Below, in pieces: positions 20,812 through 31,800 of a stretch of 44,499 nt of DNA. The notes beneath the pieces are model-generated. The model had not been told where the DNA came from and made no database searches. It worked only from the letters and a program-made list of their open reading frames with translations. The DNA lies in the NCBI GenBank assembly GCA_002269645.1, contig NIVC01004485.1, positions 1-44,499 on the forward strand, in the 5' to 3' direction. The position numbers and the translations under genes are program-made. Every line of letters begins with the position of its first letter. Position 1 is the stretch's first letter. The DNA comes from Macrostomum lignano. Lineage: Eukaryota.

Positions 20812-21111
20812 TTACAGATTATCTGAATCACTAGTTTCATAAGAACTATTTGTTGATTCGGAATCTGTTGACCTAACCTCCCAATCCTCGGAATTTAAAT
20901 AATCTCCAAGTTGAAATATTAACTCACCCTCTTGTTCTAAATCATACAAACCATCTAACTCTAAAGGATAAAGTTTTAGTTCGTGCTTGTCGTCGTATTT
21001 TAAATAAACTTCCTCAATTATTCCATTCAATATGTGCTGTTTTATTATCTCTGCATTTTTAGCAACGGTCTCAAAAGTATCACTTACTGAAAAGTTGTAA
21101 ACTCGGTTCAT
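20812..21111 (-). CDS. Small acidic hypothetical protein (99 aa)
   Basis: Intact ORF with CTAAAAATG start; last gene before the terminal non-coding region. Confidence 0.6.
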   Translation of the reverse strand: MNRVYNFSVSDTFETVAKNAEIIKQHILNGIIEEVYLKYDDKHELKLYPLELDGLYDLEQEGELIFQLGDYLNSEDWEVRSTDSESTNSSYETSDSDNL

Positions 21112-21124
21112 TTTTAGTAACAGA

Positions 21125-21448
21125 AAAAGACCCTTCGCGCCTACGGCGCGGGCGACGGGTTTGTGTGTGTTTGTGTGTGTTTGGATGCTTTTTGAATACG
21201 ATACAAAATTGCCAGCAAACTAAAGCGAACGACGAGAGCGAATTCTCAGTATTCAAAGAGAATTGATCATTATCAAGTTGAAATGAAGTGTGTTTGAGCG
21301 GAATGAAGCGAGGATGAGCGGAGCGAGTTGAGCGGAGTGAAGACGAGCGATAATGGAGTGAAAAACGATTCATTTCAACTTGATAATGATCAATTCTCTT
21401 TGAATACTGAGAACGGTTTGCTGGCAATTTTGTATCGTATCTACTACT
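21125..21448. repeat. Right terminal non-coding region (probable TIR) containing an internal inverted repeat
   Basis: Perfect arms 21196-21220/21416-21440 (25 bp) and 21243-21287/21369-21413 (45 bp); ends in CTACTACT. TIR status is inferred because the left end is not visible. Confidence 0.8.
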
Positions 21449-22699
21449 GTTGCGTGAGGCACCGAAGCCGACAGCTGACGGCCGGAGCTGCGGCAACTGC
21501 GGCTCAGCGGCGTGTGATAGATACAATAAATGCATATAGCATGCACGATAAGCAATTATTTAGGCCCTAGACAAACCTACTTGGAGCGTTCGGAGATTTT
21601 AAAAATATTGGCCCTAATCGCCTATCGCCGGTCGGCGAGTCCTACCAGTCTTTCTCCAATAGCCGCAGGTACAGTACAAGAAAAGAAAGAGCACAGGGGA
21701 AGACGAACCGAATGGATTTAGAGAGTGATAATCCTAGCAAGAATGACTAATTTTGATTAACTTGACGATTTAATTAGATTTAATAAAGTTACAAGATTCA
21801 ATGCGATTCGCGGCGCAGATGATTTGAACGAACAATAATAACGATACAACGATTAGTAATAATTAATTACGCAATTGGCAAGCGGATCTCAGCTGAGGAA
21901 GAAGAGGAACCGAACACGGGACCACGGAGAAGACTCCTAACCCCTGGCCTAAACCAGAACCTACATTCAAACGAGAGCCCTGCCGAATTGACCGTTCAAC
22001 GGAGCACTGACTAAATTCTATCAGCGCTGCCCTTCAGTGTGACACTGAGGCCCTCTGGGTCGAGGCCACGTACTTGGTCAAATCCGACAGTCTCTACCTA
22101 GACCGCGCTTAATAGCGACGACTTCAGACAAAAATTTGCCGTAGACGTTACGCTACAAGACTGAAGCGGTCGGGCAGGGAGCAAAACACGGACCCGGGTG
22201 ACGAACTCAAAAACAAAAACCAAAACCAAACCAAAACCAAAAACAAGGCAAAACGGCCGGGAAGCTGGAACAAAACCAAAGCCGGGGAAAGAAGGGAAAA
22301 ACAGAAGTGAGATCCGACCGCCAAACACACTTTCATATATAGTCAGAGTCAAACCCCTCAAACCCCCCCCCCTCAAGCCGGGTGGTGGTCGTCTGGCCGG
22401 CCGCTCGCTAAGCTGAATTGCACTGTGCCCGCGGCGCCGGGTAGACTTGGATTTTGCCACGTGCCAGGGTCCAGGCCGGTTCTGATTGGCTGGCCGCGCA
22501 AAGCTGGGGTTCGCAGAAAAACTCAACCCTCCGCTGAGTCACAGTTGGCGTCTGACTTCTAGCCTGTTTACGCAAAATTGATTCTAACTAACAAGAAAAA
22601 AGTACATTGAAAACGCGTGACTATTTTGAAGCAAAATAATAATTAACAATATAAAAACTAATACAATCAATTATCTAACAGAATACAACGCAAAAGATG

Positions 22700-23720
22700 C
22701 TCACACTACAGGCGCATTCGGTGGACAAACCTGCCCAGCAAAAGGGCAGAAGTGCAAGTCCTGCGGCCTGACCTCGGTGCAGCTCAAAGACAAGGTAGTG
22801 CCTTGTGTCAACATCAGCGGGGTCAAGACCTGATCTGACATTCTGGGATGTTGACCTCATGGATCAGCTGGGACTCCGGATCGTCACTGCAGACGGCGAG
22901 CGAGTGCAGACAGTCGGCACGAGAGCCCTGCCTGACTGGATTCCAGGCCGGTTCGACCAACTGACTCAGCTCAGGGACTCGGACACATCAAAGTCTTCCA
23001 GCACAGGCCGCGAGTCAACCCCGCGGTGCAACCGACAGCTCAACAGTTGCGCAGCGTACCGCTCAGCCTAAGGGATTCTGTTCAAAAGGAAATCGACCAG
23101 GCATCATCGAGGAGGTCGACGCCTCGAACTGCTGGTCAAACCTAGCCGTTGGTGCCAAATGGCTGGATTCGGATCTGCAACAACCTGAGAGGCCCAAACT
23201 AAAACATCATGCCGGACAGATACCCACTACCGACCTTTGATGAGGAGCTCTCCGCCGAGTTCGCAGGGTCGCGATGCTTCTCCAAGTTGAACCTGAACTC
23301 GTCGTGCCTGCAACTGGAGCTGGCCGAGGACTGCAGAAATCTGACGACGTTCGTGATATAGCGAGGCCTACACGCTCGTATCGATATCGGAGGGTGTCTT
23401 TCGGCCTGAGTAGTGCAACATCCACGTTCCAGAAAACGATGGCCAAGATCTTCAGTGGCATCAAGAGCGCAGTGCACTTTATTGAGGACATCGTGGTGCA
23501 CGCGGCATCAAGGGCACACGACAAGCGCCTGTTCAAGGTGCTGCAAGCTTTGATTACGCACAACGTGGCCATCAACACGGCCAAGTGCGCCTGGCGCCAG
23601 GACAAGGTCAACTTGCAAGGCTATGAGCTGAGCGCCTCCAGAGTCCACCCGTCGCACGTCCAAGCTATCAAGGTGCAGCCGCCAACGAGCGCCAAGGAAG
23701 TGCTGCTGTGTGTGGCCAGT
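22700..23720 (+). pseudogene. Decayed Ty3/gypsy pol fragment (reverse transcriptase)
   Basis: Broken translation ...GIIEEVD...FSKLNL...LQLELAEDCRNLTTF...YRYRRVSFGLSSATSTFQKTM...VHFIEDIVV...NTAKC; the YxDD motif has decayed to FIED and there are several frameshifts. Confidence 0.8.
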
Positions 23721-26241
23721 GTTAGTTGTTTAGTTTGGACAAATAAACCAAAAACAGCTCAATCAATGGGCTTCTTGTTAATTACTTTAGCAGCTTCCAG
23801 CACGTACAGATCGTCTCACCTGCTCCTGGCGGTGAACTGCAGCATAGCCGCATATCCGATAAAACGACGCCACGACAGTTTTTTCGGTTGGCTTCGCCTT
23901 CAACTGTTGCTGCTGTTGACTCGGTACTTGGTTGGCTCGGTTTTTGTTGGCTTCAACTGTTGTTGTTGACTCAGTGCCGTCGGTGCCATGAAGCGGGTGC
24001 TTACTGCATAAATCAGTGCGGCTAATGGGAGCAGCAAAACCAAATTAGCAAGCGATCTGGGCGATCTGGGCTGCATGACGGGGCCGTGCAGTAAAGATGA
24101 AAATAAATGCTGGTCGCAGAAACAGTTCTGTGGAAGCAGCAGAAACAGAGCAGACGAAGTTGATCTCAGTTGGCACAGACTCAGATTTGGGCCAGAGAAG
24201 ACGTGAATACGCTGTAGGTTTGCAACTATTTTGCTTAGGTACGAGCATAGTTATTATGCAGTTCGGAGCTCAGTGCCCATTTCGCATAGTGCCGACTGCA
24301 GTAGGAGCGGGAGGGCTTGCGGCCTGCACCTCAATCGCAGCGCCTATTCAAATATTCCAGAACCGCTTCAGGCCAGGAAGAATTAGACTGGATTAAATTA
24401 GCCGGGAAATTCGCGGGGCTAAAAGCTAGAGTTTAAGAGACAAATGGGATTGAGGAGATAGCGCACGGATCGATCACCTTAATCAAATCGTCAACAGTGG
24501 AGTAATATTGAAAATTGTACGTCTCTGTTTTCTTTTAACATCGGCGAACTCCAAGTCGTGGTTTCACAGTGGCTTACAACTGAAGACCGCCTATGGCTAA
24601 CTTTATTACTTACTGACTTAAAGAATTTGAGAGAATCTTCAGAGCGGGCTCTGAAAGCAGGAATGCGCTCAGGGCTTAAATTCGGTATATTTTTAGTTTT
24701 CCTACAGTTTGTCTGCCGCCACTGAGGTGGGGAACCGCTTACCTAACGACAGCAAGGTTTGCACAATTAGCGCATGCAATTAAAACAGCACTAGACATGC
24801 CCGTTACTTCGGGGGTGAGGGCTAGACGTTTAGGCTTAGCGGATTTGTTCTGGTTGCGTTAGAGCATATGGGGGGGCTCAGTTCTTTTACTGTTCCCTAT
24901 GCGGGCCGGCCCACGCATCCACCCCTCGGTTGCCAAGCCATGTCGGGGTTGGGCATCGGTCCCGGGCCTGCCCGCGGCTCCTCCACAGGAGCGGCCTCCG
25001 CACCGGGCTCATTTGGAATTCTCCGACCGGCCGTCTCCGCCTGTCAACCGTCTGGGTCAAATTGCTGCCTCGCCTTTGATGTCTGGCTGAAATGGATGGG
25101 AGCCGGAGTGTTTTTGCTGTGCAGCCAATAGAATAAGCTATACGATTATTTTAAGTTTGTCATGGACGCTGACTTCAGTTGGTATTATTGTTGCACAATT
25201 GTTGCACGATAACTCTGTTACCTACCGGCGCTCGCCAGACAGTCGCTCTTAGACGCACTGGGACCGATGATCATTATCTATTGTCTCAGGAATGCATATT
25301 TACTCTGAGTAGCCTTAAATAATATTATCATTACAAAGCGTTAAACAATGAGCGTACAGCATGGGACACGTTCTGTTTAACTGCTTGTGCTGCTCAGGGC
25401 TTAGCAATGCTTGAGCAATGCGCAACATGTGCCCGAGTCAGACCCAGCAGCTGCTAGAGAATTGTTTGCACTTTCATCGAGTCGTACAAGCCAAATCGGT
25501 GAGCGCATTCTGCATAATAATTGCAGAGAAAACTACAGAGCACTGTCTCAGCCTCATTCTGACTGAGATAATCTGCAAACTGTCTGCATGGGATAAGCAC
25601 TTTTATAATCATATCTCATTAACAGACAGACTAGGCTCGTAATTTGAATTAGTCAAAAAATCATAGCAGCCTTGAAACTCTAAGCGAGATCCTAAGCGAG
25701 CTTTATAAAATTGACGTCACCCGACAGGAAGAAGCCGACTTATATAAATCAGACTTATTGTGCTTTTTGTACGCACGCGAAGGTGTATTCAGCACGCCAG
25801 TGAAGTATGAGACAGACCAGGCCTATGGGCTACGGTCTGCGATGCTTCACGCCTGCCCCTATCTTCAGCAGGTCAAGGCTGGAGGGAGGTCTGCACCCGC
25901 TATTTGCCGCTGGCAGCCGCAGACCCCCCCTCACGCTGTTTTGCAAGTCGACCGAGGGGTACTCGTCCCCGCGTGTGTTCAAGGCAGACCCTAAGGCTGC
26001 TGGACTGACTGGGCTCCGACGCTGGCGACCCATCCAGTGGCTTCGGCCGAACTTGGGTATGCGGATCTGGCTTGCCAGCCTGCAGGCCGTGGTACTGCTT
26101 AACGTACCCCCTAATGCTTAAGGTGTTTGACCGTGCCAATGGGCTGGAAGGCCGGGGGGTTGTCCGGTCGCTAGCGGTCCTTTTCTTTTTCTTCTTTCCT
26201 CTTTCTTTTGTGACTCAGCTCACTCCTTCCCGCTTTCAGCT

Positions 26242-27060
26242 ATGGCGTCATCCGCCTCTTTCAACCCCGCTGAAGCAGGGGCCCCGGCAACTCCGTCCGG
26301 TGACATGCCCGCACGCGCAACCGGGCCCTCCGCTGAAGCCCGACGCGCCCGCAACCAACGCCGCAACGAGCGGCGACGGCGACTGCGGGATACTGCGGGC
26401 CGGCCACCGGCGGAGGGAGAACCTAGGGAGGGCGAGGCCGCTGTTGGGCCGAAAGGAGCCACAGCAACCCCTGCCCCCAGGATACAACCCCCGCTGGGGA
26501 GCCACCAAGTAAACCTGCCACAAGCGCGGCCGGGCCTTCGGGAACCGCCGCCACTAACTAGGCCTCAAAGGTCAAGCTCCAACCGGCGGTCATCGTCTTC
26601 GGGGAAGAGCAAGACCTCACGGCCGACAAGCTCGACAGTGCCTGGCGCACTATTGATGCTGCGCTCATCGACCAGCTCCTGGCGGGCCGCCCTGTGAGCG
26701 TGGTCAAGTCTGCCAAGACCGACGGCTGCATCTTCATCTGGTCCAGCTCGGAGGAGAGCAGCCGCAGTCTACGCGAGCTTCTGCCAAAGCTGAACTGGCC
26801 CAAGAAGCTCGGCAAGCTCGTCTTCGCCAGCGAGGGCGAGCGACAAAAGACCCAGCGCTTTCGCGTCTGGATCCCGGCCGGCAATGCCATTAAGTCCGGA
26901 GATCAGCTTAGGCAAATATTGCTAAAGCTGCACCCTGACCTTGAGGTCAACGGAAGGAGAAGGGGGCTACGGTGATCCTAGGGCTCTCTGATGACTGGGC
27001 TAAGCGCTTGCCACCTAAGTCCACAATTCATATTGGTCTGACTCAGCTGACCATCCTCAT
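26242..27060 (+). pseudogene. ORF1 (gag-like, DUF4780-like), frameshifted and truncated
   Basis: Basic low-complexity N-terminus (RRARNQRRNERRRR), then ...GCIFIWSSSEES...LNWPKKLGKL...FRVWIPAG...LKLHPDL, the pattern I associate with LOA-clade ORF1. Confidence 0.6.
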
Positions 27061-27074
27061 AGGGCCATAGGGCC

Positions 27075-28138
27075 ATGGCTAAGCGCAAGCTTCTGCCCCA
27101 CGCCGACCTCTGCCTCAAGGACTTGAGAGACAGCGGCGGGCTCCACGTCCTATCTGACGGCGAACCCCGCACTCTCAACCTCTTTCAGCGCTACAAGGTC
27201 ACCATCCCCTCTAGGGATGCTGCCAATGACCACTGGAATTTCCAGGAGGTCCATTGCTACACGGACGGATCCATCAAAGACGGTCGCGCCGGATTTGGGG
27301 TCTGCATCATCATCAACGGCCGCGTAATTGCCACGGATGCCCAGCACACTGGTAGACTCTCCACAGTCTTCCAGAACGAAGTCCTTGCCATCAGCTCTTG
27401 CGCTGCAGAGCTGAACGCCAAGGGTACGAGAGGAAAGACTATTGTCATCCACTCCGACAGCCAAGCGGCCTTACAGGCCCTTTGCCACACCACAACGAAC
27501 TCCCGGACAGTCGCCGACTGCGCCCGGCAGCTCAACCTCCTGGCCAGTAGCAATACTGTCAGGCTGAAGTGGATCCCAGGGCACGCAGGGTTTCCGGGGA
27601 ACGAGCTGGCAGACACCCTCGCCAAGAGGGGCGGCTCTGGCTCTTTTTTCGGCCCTGCCCCCTGGTCCCTATGCCCTTGACAGTCATCAATCGTCAGATC
27701 GACGACTGGGCTGACTCCCTCCACAGGGACAGATGGGCGGACACCCAAAACTGCCGGCAATCTCGTGCCGCGGTTCCTTGCCCGTCTCGCAGGCTCAGAA
27801 ACATCCTTCTGAACCAGAATCGGAAGGATATTCGAGCCCTTGTCATGACCCTTACCGGCCATGGCTACCTCGCCAGGCACTGCTTCCTCCGAGGTGACCT
27901 CGAGAGCGAGCCTTGCCCCTTTTGCGAGTACGACAATGAAGATGCTCAGCACTTTGTTTGTCACTGCCCTTTCTTTAACAGAGACCGGCTACGCTTCCTC
28001 GGGCCGAACCCGTCCATCGACGAGGTCTGCCAGCCCGACAGCATCTCACAGCTCATCCAGTTCCTTCGGGCGACTAGACGAGCCAGTTTCTTCCCAACGG
28101 AAGATCACGCTGCAGGACGGACCGGCGGACCACCCTGA
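27075..28138 (+). pseudogene. ORF2 C-terminus: RNase H plus CCHC zinc knuckle (frameshift near 27660)
   Basis: YTDGS, TVFQNEV, HSDSQAAL, WIPGH...GNELADTLA; then LTGHGYL...CPFCEYDNEDAQHFVCHC. Confidence 0.92.
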
Positions 28139-28823
28139 CCGGCCCCACGCCTCTGCCTGTCTGCGGGCCTTCAGGGGCTAGCGGAATGGGCGACCCTCGC
28201 CTTCCCGCTGTGTCTACGGAACGGACCACCCTGCAGCTAAGTCAAGCTAAGTCAAAGTGCTTTTTGTACTATTAACTTTTGTCTGCGATTTACAGCGCAC
28301 AATTGTACTTTAAGAACTAAGACACTGATAGCTGGACCACAAGAATTTCCGGACTTCATTGATACTAAGGCTGAGTCTTCGACAAGCTGTGATAAAGCTG
28401 ACTGAACAGAGTACATCCGAGTGTGAGAATTGGATTAGAGAAGAATGATAGGCATATTTTTAGTTTCTAATGTCCCCATAGCCACTAGAGCACGCTATTG
28501 AATTAGGCATATTGCATTTATATTTTTCATTGTTGATGCTGGCTGCAATTTATTTAGGAATATTTGGCAACAGTTTTCATTTTGAGGATCTGGGTGGTGA
28601 TCAATTTCAGTGAATAGGCAGTGAATTTAAGTGGGATCGCGAGGTTCTTTGAGTACTCGTAAAAACAAGCGATGATGGCGAGTAGCAGGTTGAGTCCGGG
28701 TGTCAGGTGAACAATTTAGAGGATCCGGCAGCGGGTTGTAGCCGGCTGAAATAAAAATGGATCGGGACTGGACCTGCCCTGTTGTCAGCAGTTCCCCTCC
28801 AGCAGAAGTGCACCAGCTGGCAG

Positions 28824-31800
28824 CTACGGTGCATCATCAAGACGGAGCAGAAGCAGCCGGGTCCACCACGCCGCCGCAGCCGCAGCCGCCACAAGAGCAG
28901 CGCTGCCCCCCAGCCGCCCTGCGTGGTCGTCGTCGCTGCGGCCGCGCCCCTTGTTGCTGTTGCCATCGGGAGGGACGAGGCTCTGGCCGACGCGCCAGCT
29001 GATTGGCCCGCCGCCCGCCTTCTCCTCGTGCTGGTGGAACTTGAAGTTGCCGCGACCCTTGTACCAGCCCGTCGCTTTGTCAAAGTTCTTCTTGTCAGGA
29101 ATTGATACTGCGGATGGTTTGACAGTTTAGGAGTGGCCTGCATGGTCTTTCAGATGTTGTGAGGGCTTTAAATAGTACAGTACTGGCTTCAGCAGCCAAT
29201 GACACAAAGATTTGCAATTCGCGCAAAAGTTAATAAGATAGGCTGCGCCGGAATCCCTCCGCACAAAATCCAGACAGAAATCCCCGCGTTTAAGAAGGAA
29301 ATTCGTCAGGCAAAACTTCAGTACTGGCATCGTGACAGACGCAGTGGCCAAAGCATGCATGATAGACACTCGGACAGACACAGTGGCCACAAGCATGCAT
29401 GACAGACACTCGGACAGACACAGTGGCCACAAGCATGCATGACAGACACTCGGACAGACAGTGGCCACAAGCATGCATGACAGACACTCGGGCGGACGCA
29501 GTGGCAAAATAGCCGACAGGCAGATGTCCAGCCACTCACAATGGCAACTAAAGCCGGTAGGCAGTTCAAAGCGCAGCTCTTTGCCTTTTCTTTCGCACTT
29601 GGTGTTGCCAAGTGATCCGTGCTGGTAACCTTTGGGGCAGTCCGCTTTCAGCTCTTCGCCACTCCCGACTCCCGCTCCTGGAGTGGTGCCCAAAAGCACA
29701 GCGGAAATATTCGGGGGGCTCCGGCAGTAAGCAAATGAATCTGCGGGAGGGGACAGTCGCCACAGGTTAGTCGGTGCAGCTGCGGCTGGTGAGGTGCCAA
29801 AGGCTGAATACAGTTGGCAGATTTGAATACCTGCAGACTATGTCTAAATCTACCAGATAAATCAAGATTTTATATAACAAGCACCTTTGCGCACCTTTCT
29901 TAGGGTCGCTCTTTATGTGGCTTTTTTCGGATTTTAGCATGAATTTCAGTCCCTTGTCGATTGCTGTGCAGTAATCAGGATGCTGCTTGATCGCCAAGCA
30001 GGCAACGGATTCTGAAAAAGACAACAGCGAGGCGAGTCTGCAAGAATGACACGACAGACACATGACAGACACATGACAGACACATGACAGACACACGACA
30101 GACACATGACAGACACACGACAGACACACGACAGACACATGACAGACACATGACAGACACACGACAGACACACGACAGACACATGACAGACACATGACAG
30201 ACACATGACAGACACATGACAGACACATGACAGACACATGACAGACACATGACAGACACATGACAGACACATGACAGACACACGACAGACACATGACAGA
30301 CACGTGACAGACACATGTCAGACACGTGACAGACACATGACAGACACGTGACAGACACCAGACAGACACGTGACAGACACCAGAGTGAGCGGCTCAAGAA
30401 GCCCTCGGCTGCCTTACCCGCATCGGACAGCTTCTTCCCGCTGATTCTCAGCTCCTTCGAGGTTGCGGCGCCCTTCGCCGGAGCTGTCGGTGCGGCGGTT
30501 ATCGTCGAGGCGGCGGTGTCGATGATTTTCTTCTCGTCGAACGGCACAAACAAGCTGTCGGTGTCCGGTACGCGGAACTTCTCGCACTTGGCACCCAGGT
30601 AAGCCAGGACGGAGCTGCTGCCTGCCACTTCGCCGAGCAGCCCGCCAGACACATTGGCGCCCGCGCTGGCGCTGAACATGGCACTGATGAACTCCCTGCC
30701 GATACGCGGCAGCATCACGGTGATGCCCAGCTCATCCTTTTTGTACGTCAGGTGGAAGCTCTCGACAACCAGCTTGTCTTGGAATTCGGTATACCTATCG
30801 CTGATGGAGACGTAGCCAAAGTTCCTTCTGCGGTTGTCCTTCGCGATTTTTTCTGTATTTTTTCGGCTGGTGTCGCTGACGAGCACGTGGTAATCGAACT
30901 CGAGCTCGGACACCACAACCTGAAAGCGAAGATTCGGCAGCCCTTTAGTCTCAAAGGCGAGTCCCGCGATGAAAGCACTGGAGATTCTGGCCGCGCTTGA
31001 AGACTTTTTGCCAACTTTTTTGTTGGAAGACGTCGGGAATCCCGTCCGAGCCTGGACTTTAAAGCTGGAAGTCTTGATCAGCCAGAAGGTGCCGTGCTTG
31101 CTGCACATGAATGCATTAGGAGCCGCCTTGCCGGATGGGAACGGCCTGGCGATGAAGTTGCCAAGGAGGAAGGCGGAGTTCAGCGCGTTTCTTGGCGGCT
31201 GCAGCTTGGGCGAGGGCCGCGCCTTGTGGTAGAAAGCGCTGCAGCCGCCGCCCTTCCACCACAGGCAGCAGTAGCGGTAGGGCAGCAGGTCCCAGTACCA
31301 GTGCGACAGGTGCGGCACCTGGCCAACCAGGTAATAGTCGGTCCAGCGAGTGTCCACACCGGATGGATGCGAGCGGTAGGCGGTGCTGCCGTGCAACATG
31401 AATACGTCAGAGTCTTCAAATTCCTTAAACAGGAACACATTTTTGGCCTTTATGCCGTAGCAGCATTCCGCGGTTGGGGCGGCGTGCAAATCTCTGCGGG
31501 AATGCCGCGCTGGCTGCATGAGAAAAGCAGATTCAGCTCACGAGAGGCATGAGAAAAGCAGATTCAGCTCACGAGAGGCATGAGAAAAGCAGATTCAGCT
31601 CACGAGAGGCATGAGAAAAGCAGATTCAGCTCACGAGAGGCATGAGAAAAGCAGATTCAGCTCACGAGAGGCATGAGAAAAGCAGATTCAGCTCACGAGA
31701 GGCATGGGAAACGCAGATTCAGCCCACATGAGGCATGAGAAACGTAGATTCAGCACACGAGAGGCACGAGAAACGCAGATTCAGTTCACCAGAGGCATGA

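Larger units (their letters stand above)
1..21448. mobile_element. Endogenous Polinton/Maverick (polintovirus, 'adintovirus'-like) element, right part; left end outside the window
   Basis: AT-rich, intron-less, gene-dense block carrying the full Polinton core set: pPolB, RVE integrase, adenain protease, A32-like ATPase, major and minor capsid proteins. It ends in ...TATCTACTACT at 21448 (Polinton-type ACTACT terminus), after which the sequence looks like host DNA. Confidence 0.95.
25773..28256 (+). mobile_element. Internally deleted LOA/Lian-like non-LTR retrotransposon (ORF1 plus RNase H only)
   Basis: Flanked by a 13-bp TSD GTGCTTTTTGTAC (25760-25772 / 28257-28269); 3' tail CTAAGTCAAG-CTAAGTCAAA; no endonuclease or RT motifs within the 2.5 kb. 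Confidence 0.88.

Noticed and set aside
1-21448. Bacterial prophage or contaminant
   Set aside because: Adenain, A32 ATPase, RVE integrase and protein-primed PolB are the Polinton set. It carries a eukaryotic LTR insertion and runs into intron-containing DNA.
21449-22700. LTR or promoter for the decayed gypsy fragment
   Set aside because: No paired repeat, PBS or TSD could be identified; the ORFs here are low-complexity noise.
23720-25700. Short ORFs and a GC-rich patch at ~24870-25110 as a gene or MITE
   Set aside because: No motifs, splice-consistent exons or terminal inverted repeats that I could support.
28238-28256. CTAAGTCAAG shared between the non-LTR tail and the gypsy LTR (near 10932 and 15967)
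   Set aside because: Only a 10-bp match between unrelated element classes; most likely chance.
29767-30369. Cys-rich 'metallothionein/keratin-like' ORFs, and similar repeat ORFs at 35739-36282, 37080-37271, 39718-40071, 40515-40823 and 41424-41735
   Set aside because: Translations of intronic mini/microsatellites.
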